NCBI GenBank assembly: GCA_963793265.1
Contig: CAWBZI010000006.1
Coordinates: forward strand, 512,001-576,000
Reading direction: 5' to 3'
Source of the DNA: an uncultured cyanobacterium
GTDB lineage: Bacteria > Cyanobacteriota > Cyanobacteriia > Phormidesmidales > Phormidesmidaceae
Length of the DNA: 64,000 nucleotides
Positions within the stretch are counted from its first letter, which is position 1; each line of letters starts with the position of its first letter. Positions 40,487 through 50,818 of the stretch are shown here, piece after piece. A program made the translations under genes and the position numbers. The notes below the pieces were generated by a model. That model ran no database searches. It was given only the letters and a program-made list of their open reading frames with translations, and was not told where the DNA came from.

Positions 40487-41515
40487 ATGTCCTCCCGCGC
40501 CAGCGCCCTCCGCATCTACATCACCTCCCGGCTTCTGCTCGCCCCCCTGATGATCTGGCTCGCCACCACCGTCGTCTTCCTCCTGATGCGCGCAGCCCCC
40601 GGCGACGTCGTAGACGTAAAGCTTGGCTCCCGCGCGCCTGAAGCTGTCAAAGAAGCCATGCGCCAGCAGATGGGCCTCGATCAGCCGCTCTACGTTCAAT
40701 ACTTCGCCTATCTCAACAAGCTGCTGCACTTCGATTTGGGCACCTCCGGCTTCAGCCAGGGCCAAACCATTATCAAAGTCATCGGCGACTACTTCCCCGC
40801 CACCGTCGAACTCACCCTTTGCGGAATGCTGATCGCCGCCGCCGTCGGCCTCACTGTCGGCTCTATCGCCGCCTCTCGTCCCAACACCCCTATCGACGCA
40901 GGCGGCAGACTCTTCGGCATCGTCACCTACGCCCTACCGATGTACTGGTTCGGCATGATCTTACAAATCATCTTCGCCGTACAGCTCAAATGGTTTCCGA
41001 TTGGCACCCGCTTTCCGCTCGCTGACTTGCCCCCAGACGGCCCCACCGGACTCTACTTATTAGACAGCTTGCTGCATGGCGATCCCGGCCAGTTTTTCAC
41101 GGCCCTCCACTACCTCACGCTGCCTAGCCTCACGCTCGGCATTCTGATCAGCGGCGTATTCGAGCGCATCGTTCGCGTAAATTTGCGCCAAACGCTCAAA
41201 GCCGACTATGTAGAAGCCGCTCGCGCCCGCGGTATCTCTGAGTTTCGGATTATTACAGCGCACGCGCTTAAAAATGCCATGATTCCAGTGATCACCATTT
41301 TGGGCCTCACCTTTGCGGCCATGCTTGGCGGCGCAGTCCTCACAGAAGTGACGTTTTCCTGGCCAGGACTGGGCAACCGACTGTACGAAGCCATTACCCA
41401 ACGTGACTATGAAATGGTGCAAGGGCTGATGGTGTTCTTCGCTTCAATTGTCGTTGTGGTCAGTATCGCAATTGATGTACTTAATGCCTATGTCGATCCA
41501 CGAATTCGGTACTAA
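40487..41515 (+). CDS. Peptide ABC transporter permease (DppB-like)
   Basis: YVEAARARG, HALKNA, TEVTFSWPGLG, DPRIR. Confidence 0.93.
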   Translation: MSSRASALRIYITSRLLLAPLMIWLATTVVFLLMRAAPGDVVDVKLGSRAPEAVKEAMRQQMGLDQPLYVQYFAYLNKLLHFDLGTSGFSQGQTIIKVIGDYFPATVELTLCGMLIAAAVGLTVGSIAASRPNTPIDAGGRLFGIVTYALPMYWFGMILQIIFAVQLKWFPIGTRFPLADLPPDGPTGLYLLDSLLHGDPGQFFTALHYLTLPSLTLGILISGVFERIVRVNLRQTLKADYVEAARARGISEFRIITAHALKNAMIPVITILGLTFAAMLGGAVLTEVTFSWPGLGNRLYEAITQRDYEMVQGLMVFFASIVVVVSIAIDVLNAYVDPRIRY

Positions 41516-41591
41516 ATAGAAGCGTATAGTTTTTCCAAAAGACACCTTTAAAACCGTCAAGGAGACTTGTTCTATCATTATCTTTTCTGAT

Positions 41592-41609
41592 AATGTAAAC
41601 AAATGTTAC
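41592..41609 (-). promoter_or_regulatory. Possible HLR1 (RpaB-type) direct repeat
   Basis: Minus strand GTAACATT-TG-TTTACATT, one mismatch to (G/T)TTACA(T/A)(T/A)-N2 repeat. Confidence 0.3.
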
Positions 41610-41657
41610 TTATATTGAAGACGGCGACCTCATTACACATATGTAAGCACTAGAGCT

Positions 41658-42089
41658 GTGCGATCGCCTCCACATCGCGCCATGACTATCCCAACTTCCA
41701 CAATCCCAACTTCCACAACTAACGCCTCTTCAACGGCCTGCTTAGCGCTTAAGCGATTCATCAGGGGCACGCTGCGCCAGCTAGGTATTGGCCTTACTGC
41801 ACTCATGATTGTTTTGAACTTAGGGGTTCACACACCCGAGCTAGCGGCCCAGCCTCACTTAGATCATGTAGCCGCACGCACAACAAGTCATGCTCAAACC
41901 GATCAGATTGAAACGGATCGAGATTCATCCGCGCGCCAGCAGACGCATACACTATTGGTCGGCGCTCGTATGACTCATCACCACCTAACCAGCGCCCGGC
42001 TCAGCATTCCAAATACCCCCGAGCAAACGGTAGCCAGCGCCAGTGACAGCGGTGCCTACGAGAATATTGGCGATATTGGGTCGCGGTGA
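41658..42089 (+). CDS. Hypothetical protein with one TM/signal segment
   Basis: ORF overlaps the next gene (GTGA); start uncertain. Confidence 0.45.
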   Translation: MRSPPHRAMTIPTSTIPTSTTNASSTACLALKRFIRGTLRQLGIGLTALMIVLNLGVHTPELAAQPHLDHVAARTTSHAQTDQIETDRDSSARQQTHTLLVGARMTHHHLTSARLSIPNTPEQTVASASDSGAYENIGDIGSR

Positions 42090-42439
42090 AGATACATCGA
42101 TTGCTAAAAATTACGGCTGCGATTTGGCTGGTGCGGGCTACTCCTAGCGAGGCCACCTGTGATTTTTTTGCTGAACCGCAGCGCTACAACACGCAGAATA
42201 GCGGTGATGTGATTGTAATTGGACAGCAGGCAGATAGACGCTACCGTGTGGTTCTCAGCGGTGAAGATGAAAGGGTTTTAGCTGAGATTCAAGCCTGCAT
42301 TCCAGATGCGTTTGCCACCAGCGCTCAGTTCGGGCCATACATTCAAATTGCTAGCTTCAGCAGTCGCGCCGATGCCGAAACAATCCGGCGAATTTTACGT
42401 AAGGAAGGCTATCGCGCACGTGTAATATATGCGCGGTGA
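42086..42439 (+). CDS. Secreted protein with SPOR-like C-terminus
   Basis: YIQIASFSSRADAE...LRKEGYRARV. Confidence 0.65.
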   Translation: MKIHRLLKITAAIWLVRATPSEATCDFFAEPQRYNTQNSGDVIVIGQQADRRYRVVLSGEDERVLAEIQACIPDAFATSAQFGPYIQIASFSSRADAETIRRILRKEGYRARVIYAR

Positions 42440-42592
42440 GCTAGCGCTTTGCCGGTAACTATCTACGAAATTTCAGCAATTATGGCTGAACTTTACAGAA
42501 AAGATGCATTTTAACGGTTTTGAGAACCAGACTACATGCCATATTAAAAAGATTCTCAGTACGAGTACTGATCTTATTTTTGACACCCGACT

Positions 42593-43474
42593 ATGGGAAA
42601 GGTTCGCGGTAGCAGCGTCTCTTTCAGCAGATTTTACGCTGAGAAGAGGCGCAAATTTATCTCTATAGGCATTGCTGTTGGGCTCATGCTGCTCTCGGCT
42701 CGCGCCGTGAGTGCCTTAACTGTACAGAGCGATCGCTGGCTGTCGGTCGATCGCATCAGCGGCAGCGTAGCGCTAGTCACCTATGAGGGCGTTAGCAAGC
42801 AGGCTGCGATTGGCGATCGCCTCACCCGCGCCGGAGATACGCTTACCACCGGGCCTAGATCCTCTGCCCGGCTCACCGTTGATCAGCAGGCCGGGGTGCT
42901 CAGCATGGCCGAAAATAGCCAGCTACAGGTGCGATCGCTTGCCATCACCAACCGCGGTGGCCGCATTACTGAAATGATCGTAAACCGGGGCCAGGTAAGG
43001 CTCAGAGTTCGGCCCCTAACTAATCCTGACACCCGTCTAGAAATTCATACCCCAGCAGGGATTAGCGGCGTCCGCGGCACTGACTTTGGCGTGACCGTTC
43101 AGCCCGGCGGTCAAACTGGCGTCGCCACCCTCGAAGGCAGCGTGATTGCACGCGCTCAAGGCCAGGCCGTGACCGTAGCCGCTGAGCTGCAGTCTACAAT
43201 TACCCCTGGCCAAGCGCCCACCCCCCCAGAGCCCCTACGGGACAATCCCGACTTACAAATCACCCGATTGATTTCAGTTCCGAATAGCTCAGCAGCGCGT
43301 ATTGTGGGATCTACTGATACCGTCAACCTGCTAGAGATAGCCGGTCAGCCGAAACGCCTGAGCCCCAACGGGCGATTTGACGTGGTGGTGTCTATTTCGA
43401 GCGATCGCCGCATTCCAGCTAGGGTAATTACGCCATTAGGCACTGAGCAACAGTACGCATTAGTAGTGCCATGA
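42593..43474 (+). CDS. FecR-domain protein
   Basis: GDTLTTGPRSSARL, IHTPAGISGVRGTDF. Confidence 0.88.
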   Translation: MGKVRGSSVSFSRFYAEKRRKFISIGIAVGLMLLSARAVSALTVQSDRWLSVDRISGSVALVTYEGVSKQAAIGDRLTRAGDTLTTGPRSSARLTVDQQAGVLSMAENSQLQVRSLAITNRGGRITEMIVNRGQVRLRVRPLTNPDTRLEIHTPAGISGVRGTDFGVTVQPGGQTGVATLEGSVIARAQGQAVTVAAELQSTITPGQAPTPPEPLRDNPDLQITRLISVPNSSAARIVGSTDTVNLLEIAGQPKRLSPNGRFDVVVSISSDRRIPARVITPLGTEQQYALVVP

Positions 43475-46428
43475 TCCCCAAAGTCAGACGATTTCGAGGA
43501 CTAAACCGACTGGTACCTGGACTGATTGCTAGCCTGTGCGTCGTCGTACTCCTGAAGCTCAACGCTTGGGTACCGCTAGAGCGAGCCGTCAACAACCAGA
43601 TGATGCTATGGCGCGGTGAGCAGCCCTGGGACAGCCGCATTGTGATGATCAGCGTCGATGACAGAACGCTGAACGCCTACGGCGGAGACTTTCCCATCTC
43701 GCGAGACTACTACAGCGACCTGCTGTGGCTGCTGACCAAAGAGGACGCCAGCGTCGTTGCCTTTAACGTTTTGCTACCTAACAGCACTGCTAGCAGCCCT
43801 AATGCAGCCGCCAGTAGCGCCGCTAACGCTCGCCTTGCCGCTGCTATGGACACACAGGGCAAAGTGGTGATCGGACAAGCGTGGAATTTAAAGGACGAAC
43901 CGATTCAGCCAGTGCCGTTACTGGCTGAAACCGCGATCGCAGTCGGTCATCTTCAGTTTGAAGCCGATCCTGACGGCATCACTCGCCAGGTAGCCGTCAC
44001 CTGGAAAAACCTACCCAGCTTAGGCGTCGCGACCATTCAAGCCTACGGTTTGCAAAAAGAACTCATCAGAATTCCGACCGAGCTACGCGACCTGCAAATC
44101 AACTGGCCCAGCTCCGCCCGCAAACTGGCGACGCTCAGCCTGGTAGATGTTTTAGATGGCAAAACACCGCCCGGCTACCTCAAAGACAAAATCGTCATCG
44201 TGAGCTACGGGGCAACCACTGGCCAAGTCCAAATCAGAACGCCATTCGACCGGCGCGTCGCCATACCGGGCGGCTACCTGCACGCAGCGGTGATCGACAC
44301 GCTGCTCAAGCAGAACTGGCTGCGCCCGGTACCTACAAATGCAGTTGTCGTTTTATTGCTATTGGGCGGCACTGCCTTTGGGGGGTTGCTCTATCGTCAG
44401 CCGACCAGTGTGCAGCTTGCCATCGGCGGTACGCTATTTGGTGGCTGGCTAATGCTGGCGATGGGCGCTTTGTACTTCGGCTTTTTGCTGCCCGTTGTGC
44501 CGCCGCTAATGACGCTGCTGCTAGTCGGCACAGCCGTCACCATCTTGAGCCGCTTGCAGGCCAACGCCTTACTTCAGGTGCGTTCAGCGTTTCTCAACAC
44601 CATGAGCCATGAGATTCGCACGCCGCTCAACGCGATTGTCAACCTTTCAGAAATGCTGCAAGAGACGCCGCTAGACGAGCGTCAAAAGGAGTTTGCCGAA
44701 ACCCTCAACCACAGCAGCCAGGCCCTATTAGCGCTGATCAACGACGTTCTGGACTTCTCTAAAATAGAGTCTGGGCGGCTAATGATAGAAGAGTATCCGG
44801 TATGCCTCAGCGACGCCGTAGAGCGCAGTTTGGAAATGCTGGCTCCTCGCGCGGCTGAAAAAGGCCTAGAGCTGGTCTATTCAATCACACCCGCGACGCC
44901 TGCTGTGATTATGAGTGACCCGGTGCGGCTGCAGCAGATTTTGCTAAACCTGCTGAGCAACGCTGTCAAGTTCACTGAAACCGGGGAAATTTCCGTACAG
45001 GTGCAGGCCAGCATCATTCCTAAGAACGGCAGCTTGTTTTCGCTGCAAAGACTTAATCCTGCCAGATGGAAAAGTCCCCATCTAAGCTCATCAGACTTAG
45101 AGTCTTCCAGGCATTCTGAGCCGTCACAGACTCGGCGCTCACCTACCAGGATGTTTCGAGACGCGCTGACGCCGCTGAATGCCAGCAGCCAACGGTCTAG
45201 GAGTCAACAGACCAATAGTCAACGGTCTAGCAGCCAGCGATCGCAGCACTTATCGCCAGCAGCAGCGCTTTATGAAATTCGCTTTGCCGTACACGATACG
45301 GGCATTGGCATTCCGCCTGAACGGCTCAGTCAACTCTTTCGGCCCTTTAGCCAAGTGAGCGCGGCCACCACGCGTAAATATGGCGGGACGGGGCTAGGGC
45401 TTTCGATTAGTAAGCGGCTGAGCAATCGCATGGGCGGCGATTTGTGGGTCAGAAGCTACCCCGGCGAAGGCAGTACGTTTTACTTCACCGTACAGGCGCG
45501 TTTGGCCGCAGCCACCCAGCCCCCGCCTGCCTATCTGTTGGGACTCAACGGTACCCGTCTGCTGCTGATTGATCGCAATATTACGCGACGCAGCCATTTG
45601 GCCTGGGAGCTTCAGCCGCTGGGCATCAGCTTGGCTCAGGCCACCTCCTTATCAGAGGCCCGATCATTTATGCAAAACGATCCCACCTTCGACGGCATTA
45701 TCTTAGATGAGGCGATCGCAACCAACCTCAAAGAATGCGCGATCGCCATCCACCGCCTCCGCCAAACCGCCCGCAACCAGCATCTACCCGTCATTTTGCT
45801 GCGCACGCTGCAACCTTCATCCCGACAGCCCTCAACGGCTGCGCCCATTCCCGACACCACCACCGTTTGGAAACCGGCTAAGCAAGCAGCCCTTTACCAG
45901 GCACTGCGCTCTATTCATCCGGTGACGTTAGCGCTGCCGCCAACAGCCCTATCAGCGCTGTCTTTTCAAGAAGGCAAGGCGACGATTAAAGCAGCACATC
46001 AGCCTACAAAACCTTTTTTGGCTAAAGCCGCCAGCGATCACGCTAACCTCAGAATTCTGATCGCTGAAGACAACCGAATCAATCAAAAAGTTGCCCTCCG
46101 ACTGCTAGAGCTACTAGGCTATCGCGCCGATGTTGTGAGTTCAGGCATAGAGGTACTATCGGCCATAGAGCGCCAGCAGTACGATGTGATTTTGATGGAT
46201 ATGCGGATGCCCAATTTAGATGGAATAGAAGCCACGCATCAGATTCGTCAGATGCCACAGCATGAGAACATTTGGATCATCGCGATGACCGCAAATGCTA
46301 TGGCTAGAGATCGCCAGCGATGCTTCGAGGCGGGTATGGATGACTATTTGAGCAAGCCTATTAACCGCAAAGCTTTAGAGAGCGCCTTGCAAAGAGATCC
46401 GGTGAAGCCGCGCGATCGCCTAGCCTAA
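43471..46428 (+). CDS. CHASE2 hybrid histidine kinase with receiver domains
   Basis: DPDGITR (CHASE2), SHEIRTPLN, NAVKFT, GGTGLGL, ILMDMRMP. Confidence 0.93.
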   Translation: MIPKVRRFRGLNRLVPGLIASLCVVVLLKLNAWVPLERAVNNQMMLWRGEQPWDSRIVMISVDDRTLNAYGGDFPISRDYYSDLLWLLTKEDASVVAFNVLLPNSTASSPNAAASSAANARLAAAMDTQGKVVIGQAWNLKDEPIQPVPLLAETAIAVGHLQFEADPDGITRQVAVTWKNLPSLGVATIQAYGLQKELIRIPTELRDLQINWPSSARKLATLSLVDVLDGKTPPGYLKDKIVIVSYGATTGQVQIRTPFDRRVAIPGGYLHAAVIDTLLKQNWLRPVPTNAVVVLLLLGGTAFGGLLYRQPTSVQLAIGGTLFGGWLMLAMGALYFGFLLPVVPPLMTLLLVGTAVTILSRLQANALLQVRSAFLNTMSHEIRTPLNAIVNLSEMLQETPLDERQKEFAETLNHSSQALLALINDVLDFSKIESGRLMIEEYPVCLSDAVERSLEMLAPRAAEKGLELVYSITPATPAVIMSDPVRLQQILLNLLSNAVKFTETGEISVQVQASIIPKNGSLFSLQRLNPARWKSPHLSSSDLESSRHSEPSQTRRSPTRMFRDALTPLNASSQRSRSQQTNSQRSSSQRSQHLSPAAALYEIRFAVHDTGIGIPPERLSQLFRPFSQVSAATTRKYGGTGLGLSISKRLSNRMGGDLWVRSYPGEGSTFYFTVQARLAAATQPPPAYLLGLNGTRLLLIDRNITRRSHLAWELQPLGISLAQATSLSEARSFMQNDPTFDGIILDEAIATNLKECAIAIHRLRQTARNQHLPVILLRTLQPSSRQPSTAAPIPDTTTVWKPAKQAALYQALRSIHPVTLALPPTALSALSFQEGKATIKAAHQPTKPFLAKAASDHANLRILIAEDNRINQKVALRLLELLGYRADVVSSGIEVLSAIERQQYDVILMDMRMPNLDGIEATHQIRQMPQHENIWIIAMTANAMARDRQRCFEAGMDDYLSKPINRKALESALQRDPVKPRDRLA

Positions 46429-46488
46429 ACCGGCATTTTGCTAAACTGGCCCCTTGCTAAACTGGCACCCTGCTAAACCGGCACCAGC
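46425..46488. repeat. 4 x 16-bp tandem repeat (CTAAACYGGC...) bridging two convergent stop codons
   Basis: ctaaaccggcattttg / ctaaactggccccttg / ctaaactggcaccctg / ctaaaccggcaccagc. Confidence 0.9.
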
Positions 46489-47294
46489 GTGTGGCCTGCC
46501 GGAACCCACTGCCAGAGTGATCGCAATTCACTTTGCGTAGGCCGCTTCCCCAGCCCTAGCCGTGCCAAAATCAGCCGAATAGTCACCTGATTAAAGCAAT
46601 CTGGAAACCGATACTGCTCTTGAGCGTGATCCAAAAAGAATGACTGATGATATTTTTTCAGCGTTTTCGATAGCCGAGAAATGTCTTGTAATAAAGGCTG
46701 AACCTCACTCAAACGGTGAGCGTGGTGAGCTAATAGCAGCTCGGCAGCATTGCTAAAGTGCATGCCTTCATCTTTTACAAGGTGATGCCCCATGCGTTTA
46801 ATCTCAGCGCCAAAGTGACGATAATACTCTCGCAAATCACGGCGATAAGAATACACAGAGCCAATCTCATCAAACATCATCGCCACGAGAATAGAAAATT
46901 CGTCTTCAAACAGCCTTTCAATCGGCTTGATTTCATGCACACGTGCCGAAAAAAGGCGCGTCATTGTCTGGTAGCTCACGCCTGCAATGCTGTGATAGGT
47001 GCGGCGCAAGCCCTCATAGTGCTTAAGCTCGTCCGCTAGCCACAGATCGAGCATCTTTAAAAAGTCTTCAGACATTTCTGACCTACGCCCCTGCACGTGC
47101 TGATAGAGAGATTGCGCATCGCCTTCAGAGAAAACATCACGACTGAGAAGCTTTTGAAAATTTTCAACAACATCCGGTAGCGCATTATCAAAATAGTGCT
47201 GTGGGATCACATGATCGGCAGAGATAACAGACTCTAAGTCCCAGACATTTTGATTTATTCTCAGGCGATTTGTTCTTTTTAGTACAGCTATCAA
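46473..47294 (-). CDS. Ferritin-like di-iron protein
   Basis: Two DExxH motifs (DELKH, DEGMH) plus upstream Glu residues; helical. Confidence 0.7.
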   Translation of the reverse strand: MIAVLKRTNRLRINQNVWDLESVISADHVIPQHYFDNALPDVVENFQKLLSRDVFSEGDAQSLYQHVQGRRSEMSEDFLKMLDLWLADELKHYEGLRRTYHSIAGVSYQTMTRLFSARVHEIKPIERLFEDEFSILVAMMFDEIGSVYSYRRDLREYYRHFGAEIKRMGHHLVKDEGMHFSNAAELLLAHHAHRLSEVQPLLQDISRLSKTLKKYHQSFFLDHAQEQYRFPDCFNQVTIRLILARLGLGKRPTQSELRSLWQWVPAGHTLVPV

Positions 47295-47336
47295 TCCAAT
47301 ACTCCTTATCTTCTGTTCTCTCTAGCCTTAGAAAAA

Positions 47337-48689
47337 TCAACCGTCTATATCTGGGATATAGAGCCCGTCATTAGAAACAATGTGAGGAATAATCAAACAG
47401 TGCCGCCCCGTCACTCGCGAGGTATCGCCTCGAATCACAACCCCTGCCGCATCGCCATCCACTGCCCAGCTTCCGATCATGTAGTAATAGCCAAACGCCT
47501 GCGCCAGCTCAACGTATTCTTGAATAATAAAGCCTTCGCTGCCGTAGCCATACGTCTCTCTTTTTTCCAACTCACCCACGCCCGTTTCAATAGAAATACC
47601 CACGCCCTCCATGCCTAGCATCGGCTTTTTAACGTGCATACCCACCACAAGCTCAGTAGATTCTATAGAGATATCATTTTCAAAATAAGTCTCTAACAAA
47701 TACTGGCTATAGCGCGATGATTTAAAGCGCCCCCACATCAGCGCCAGCGCCCCTTTATTAGAAAGCACCTGTTTCCACAAAGGCTCAATCACCTTCACCT
47801 CTCCTGTCTCTAGCCTTTGAGCAAACACCTCCGTGCTGCCGCTTGCTGCCATATCGTTTTGCAAATCAGACCAGTCATACATCTTCCACAGCACCGGAAT
47901 GCGCTCGTTCACATGATCAACAAAGTAGCCTTCGCTATCTAGGCCAAGCCCGCGCTGAACCTGCTGCCCCTGCTCATCTACGAGATCTCGCAAATAAACA
48001 ATTTGGGTATAGATGCTAGCATCCACCTCCTCGTGCAGAATTTGGATGAGCTGCATTGCCATCTCCAAATCTTCTTCTAAATTTTCATCTACTAAAAAAG
48101 AGATGCCCGTCTGTTTGAGATTGTAATCTTCAACAATTCCTCGCCACTGCCCGGCCACTCTTTCCCAGTACTCATTAAACTGGCTAGCATCGCTAGGCAA
48201 AGGCGCAGCGCCCTTTTGATAGTTGCGCTTGTAGTCTACAAACCAGTTCCACTGATAAACAGTTTCAGCCCCTAATAGCGGCGTCTCTCCGTTGATTTCA
48301 AGCAGCTTAATCTGCCTGTCTTCAGTGAGCGCAAAGTCAAAGCGCGTACACAAAGATAAGTCTTCAACCGGCTCCTCACGCTCCCAGCTATTTTTTATCG
48401 CTTGCCAGTAGGCAGGCGGGATTTTCAGCCTGGCTAAACGCTTATCCACCTCACCCTCGCTTTCGTCCGTAAAAAACCAGTCCAAGAACTCAACGCACAT
48501 TTCCCAGAGGCTTTCGGTCGCATCAGCGATCGCCTCTTCCTCGCGAGTATCTAGCTGAATAGCAAACGGCTCAGAAAGCGCCTCTACCCAATACTTTTGC
48601 TTGGCGTCGCTCAAAACATCGGCCTGATAGGCATTTTCTTGAACATGCCTTTTCCAGTTAGGCCGACGGCTCACCTTAATCGGTTTCAT
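47337..48689 (-). CDS. Glutathionylspermidine synthase-like ATP-grasp ligase (YgiC/YjfC family)
   Basis: RFDF, LLEINGETP, IEPLWKQVLSNKGAL, VKKPMLGMEG, IIQEY, IGSW. Confidence 0.9.
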   Translation of the reverse strand: MKPIKVSRRPNWKRHVQENAYQADVLSDAKQKYWVEALSEPFAIQLDTREEEAIADATESLWEMCVEFLDWFFTDESEGEVDKRLARLKIPPAYWQAIKNSWEREEPVEDLSLCTRFDFALTEDRQIKLLEINGETPLLGAETVYQWNWFVDYKRNYQKGAAPLPSDASQFNEYWERVAGQWRGIVEDYNLKQTGISFLVDENLEEDLEMAMQLIQILHEEVDASIYTQIVYLRDLVDEQGQQVQRGLGLDSEGYFVDHVNERIPVLWKMYDWSDLQNDMAASGSTEVFAQRLETGEVKVIEPLWKQVLSNKGALALMWGRFKSSRYSQYLLETYFENDISIESTELVVGMHVKKPMLGMEGVGISIETGVGELEKRETYGYGSEGFIIQEYVELAQAFGYYYMIGSWAVDGDAAGVVIRGDTSRVTGRHCLIIPHIVSNDGLYIPDIDG

Positions 48690-48725
48690 AATTTCTTACG
48701 CCTTCACAATTTCTCACGCTATAGC

Positions 48726-49514
48726 CTACTTCCCGCCTCTGCCTGTGCCCTTATAAGTAGAACCAAACCCCTGGCTCCCTCTGCCCGTAATCGTGCCCCT
48801 AGCAGCCGTACCTTTTGGGCGAGCAGGCGGCGTCGCGCGCGTATGTCTTGGGGCTTCAACTACGCCAGTCCCTACGTTATTTACCACCCGACCATTTGGC
48901 GTGACGACCCGCCCTGGCGTTGAGCTTTGGTAAACCGTGCTGGGCTGATAGAGCCGCCGCTGCGAGCCGCCATCGTTGATGTAAACGTATTGCGTTCTAC
49001 TGCCTAAGAAGGGATAGAAAAAGTAGCCGCCGAAGCGGGGCTGATAGTAGCCCGTGTTTTGAGAATTGGTAGCGGGTTCGCATTCGAGCCCTTCGGCCTG
49101 ACAGTCAGATAGAGAAGCGTAGGTGGGCGCGTGCTTTTGGTAGTCTTGCTGAGCGGCTAGCATTTGGGCCTCGCACTCTTCTGCTTTGAGCGGCGGTTCG
49201 GTGGGAGCAGCTTCTAGCTCGCCGCCTTCAAAGGCCGTTTTTAAGACAGCGTATTCTTCCTGCTGCTTTTGCGCATCGGCTTCGCATTCCTCGGTCGTTT
49301 TATAAAATACGGCAGGAATCTTTTCGTTGGCGTTTTGGTCAGTAATGGCGTTTGGATTGGGTTCGCCGCCAGCGCTAAGATCTGGCTGGCTGTATTGGTA
49401 GCAACTGGATGTGAGTAGAGCGATCGCGGCAGCTAAGCCCAAATGCTGCTGTACGCGCCGCCGCTGAATAGAGCGCATCTGTAGCGGTTGCTGTTCAGGA
49501 TTCGTTGAGGTCAT
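48726..49514 (-). CDS. YgiB/DUF1190-like lipoprotein with Gly/Arg-rich tail
   Basis: Lipobox LLTSSC, spaced Cys, HAPTYASLSDCQAE, tail RGSQGFGSTYKGTGRGGK. Confidence 0.75.
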   Translation of the reverse strand: MTSTNPEQQPLQMRSIQRRRVQQHLGLAAAIALLTSSCYQYSQPDLSAGGEPNPNAITDQNANEKIPAVFYKTTEECEADAQKQQEEYAVLKTAFEGGELEAAPTEPPLKAEECEAQMLAAQQDYQKHAPTYASLSDCQAEGLECEPATNSQNTGYYQPRFGGYFFYPFLGSRTQYVYINDGGSQRRLYQPSTVYQSSTPGRVVTPNGRVVNNVGTGVVEAPRHTRATPPARPKGTAARGTITGRGSQGFGSTYKGTGRGGK

Positions 49515-49590
49515 GACCTTCCTTTTGAAAATACTTGCGAGTAAATGACGGGTAGAAGTACGAAACGGTAGATAGTCCTGTAGATCTGAG

Positions 49591-50712
49591 CTAGGCAGTA
49601 ATCATAGGCGCAGCGCCAGACATCACAATAAGGTAATCGCCAGCCTCCACAATCTGAGTGCTGTCTGGATTAGAAATGACGCTGCCTTCGAGTCCTTTCT
49701 GTAGCGCGACGACGATACTCTGATAGTGCTGCTTCATATGCACAAAAACATCTATGAAAGGATGACCGATTTGCGACGATGGCAGCGGTAGCTTGTAGAG
49801 CTGATTGCCCGTCTGCGCACTCAGCAGCTCTGAAATTACCTTTGAAATGCCGTGGTTGAGCGTTGCTTGAGAAATGAGCATACTGCTTAGCTCACTGGTG
49901 ATAATCACCTCGTCGGCCTGGGCGCGGTAGCAGGTAAGGGCGTTGGCCTGATCGACTAGCTCGACAATGGTGTAGGCGTTGGGATTAATGCTTTCGATGG
50001 TTAATGTCGAGAGTACTGCTGTGGCGTCTCTAATAGAAGCGTCTAGCTGATCGTCGCCTAAGATAATGACGGTTTTTGCGCGGTTTAGGTTCGCGCGTCG
50101 CAGGGTTTCATCTGAGATGGGGCCGCGAATGAAGGTCATGTTTGGGTCGTCTATGGGCTTGCGATCGCAATTCGCAATCAGCACAATCGCCATTTCCTCA
50201 GCGGACTGCTCCATTCGCAGCTCTTTAACAATGTTAGCGGCTCTCAGATTCCACCCGCACAAAATCACATGATCTGTAAAGTGAGTGTCACTCAAACCTA
50301 ATTCTTCCTTCATTTTTCGCTCCACTAAAACACTGGCCAAAGCGGCGCTCAAGGCAGCTAATAAGCCGATGCCAACAAACATATTAATCACGGCGATAAT
50401 GCGCCCAACAGACGTAGCCGGGGCAATATCGCCATAGCCAACCGTCGTAAGAGTGACGATACTCCACCAAAAGCTATCGACTAGAGAGATAGATTCCACT
50501 CTAGAAATCACCACGCTGCTGGTGATAATGAGTAGCCCTAAAACAAAAGCGATTCGGTCAATATTTTCGTGCTTGATAAATAGCCAGACGGGATGCCACA
50601 GGCGATAAAGATTACGGCCTAATCCAAAGTCTTTTTTAGCTCTTCGCTTACGCCCTAGCAACGCGGTCTTTCTGCGAGAAGATCGCCTGTTAGCCAGTCT
50701 ATTTTTACTCAT
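49591..50712 (-). CDS. Potassium channel with TrkA/RCK domains
   Basis: Selectivity filter TTVGYGD, HVILCGWN. Confidence 0.92.
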   Translation of the reverse strand: MSKNRLANRRSSRRKTALLGRKRRAKKDFGLGRNLYRLWHPVWLFIKHENIDRIAFVLGLLIITSSVVISRVESISLVDSFWWSIVTLTTVGYGDIAPATSVGRIIAVINMFVGIGLLAALSAALASVLVERKMKEELGLSDTHFTDHVILCGWNLRAANIVKELRMEQSAEEMAIVLIANCDRKPIDDPNMTFIRGPISDETLRRANLNRAKTVIILGDDQLDASIRDATAVLSTLTIESINPNAYTIVELVDQANALTCYRAQADEVIITSELSSMLISQATLNHGISKVISELLSAQTGNQLYKLPLPSSQIGHPFIDVFVHMKQHYQSIVVALQKGLEGSVISNPDSTQIVEAGDYLIVMSGAAPMITA

Positions 50713-50818
50713 TGATTAATCGTAGTACACGCGTCAGCCTATATGAGAAACAGGCTACTACCCCTGTATTCCGCACGTGCGCTTGCACTTGATCAATACA
50801 AGCCTTAGTCTGGCTTGA

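Noticed and set aside
42556..42571. LexA box (tcagtac-ga-gtactga)
   Set aside because: Half-site spacing does not fit the cyanobacterial consensus; it may be another operator but this is unsupported
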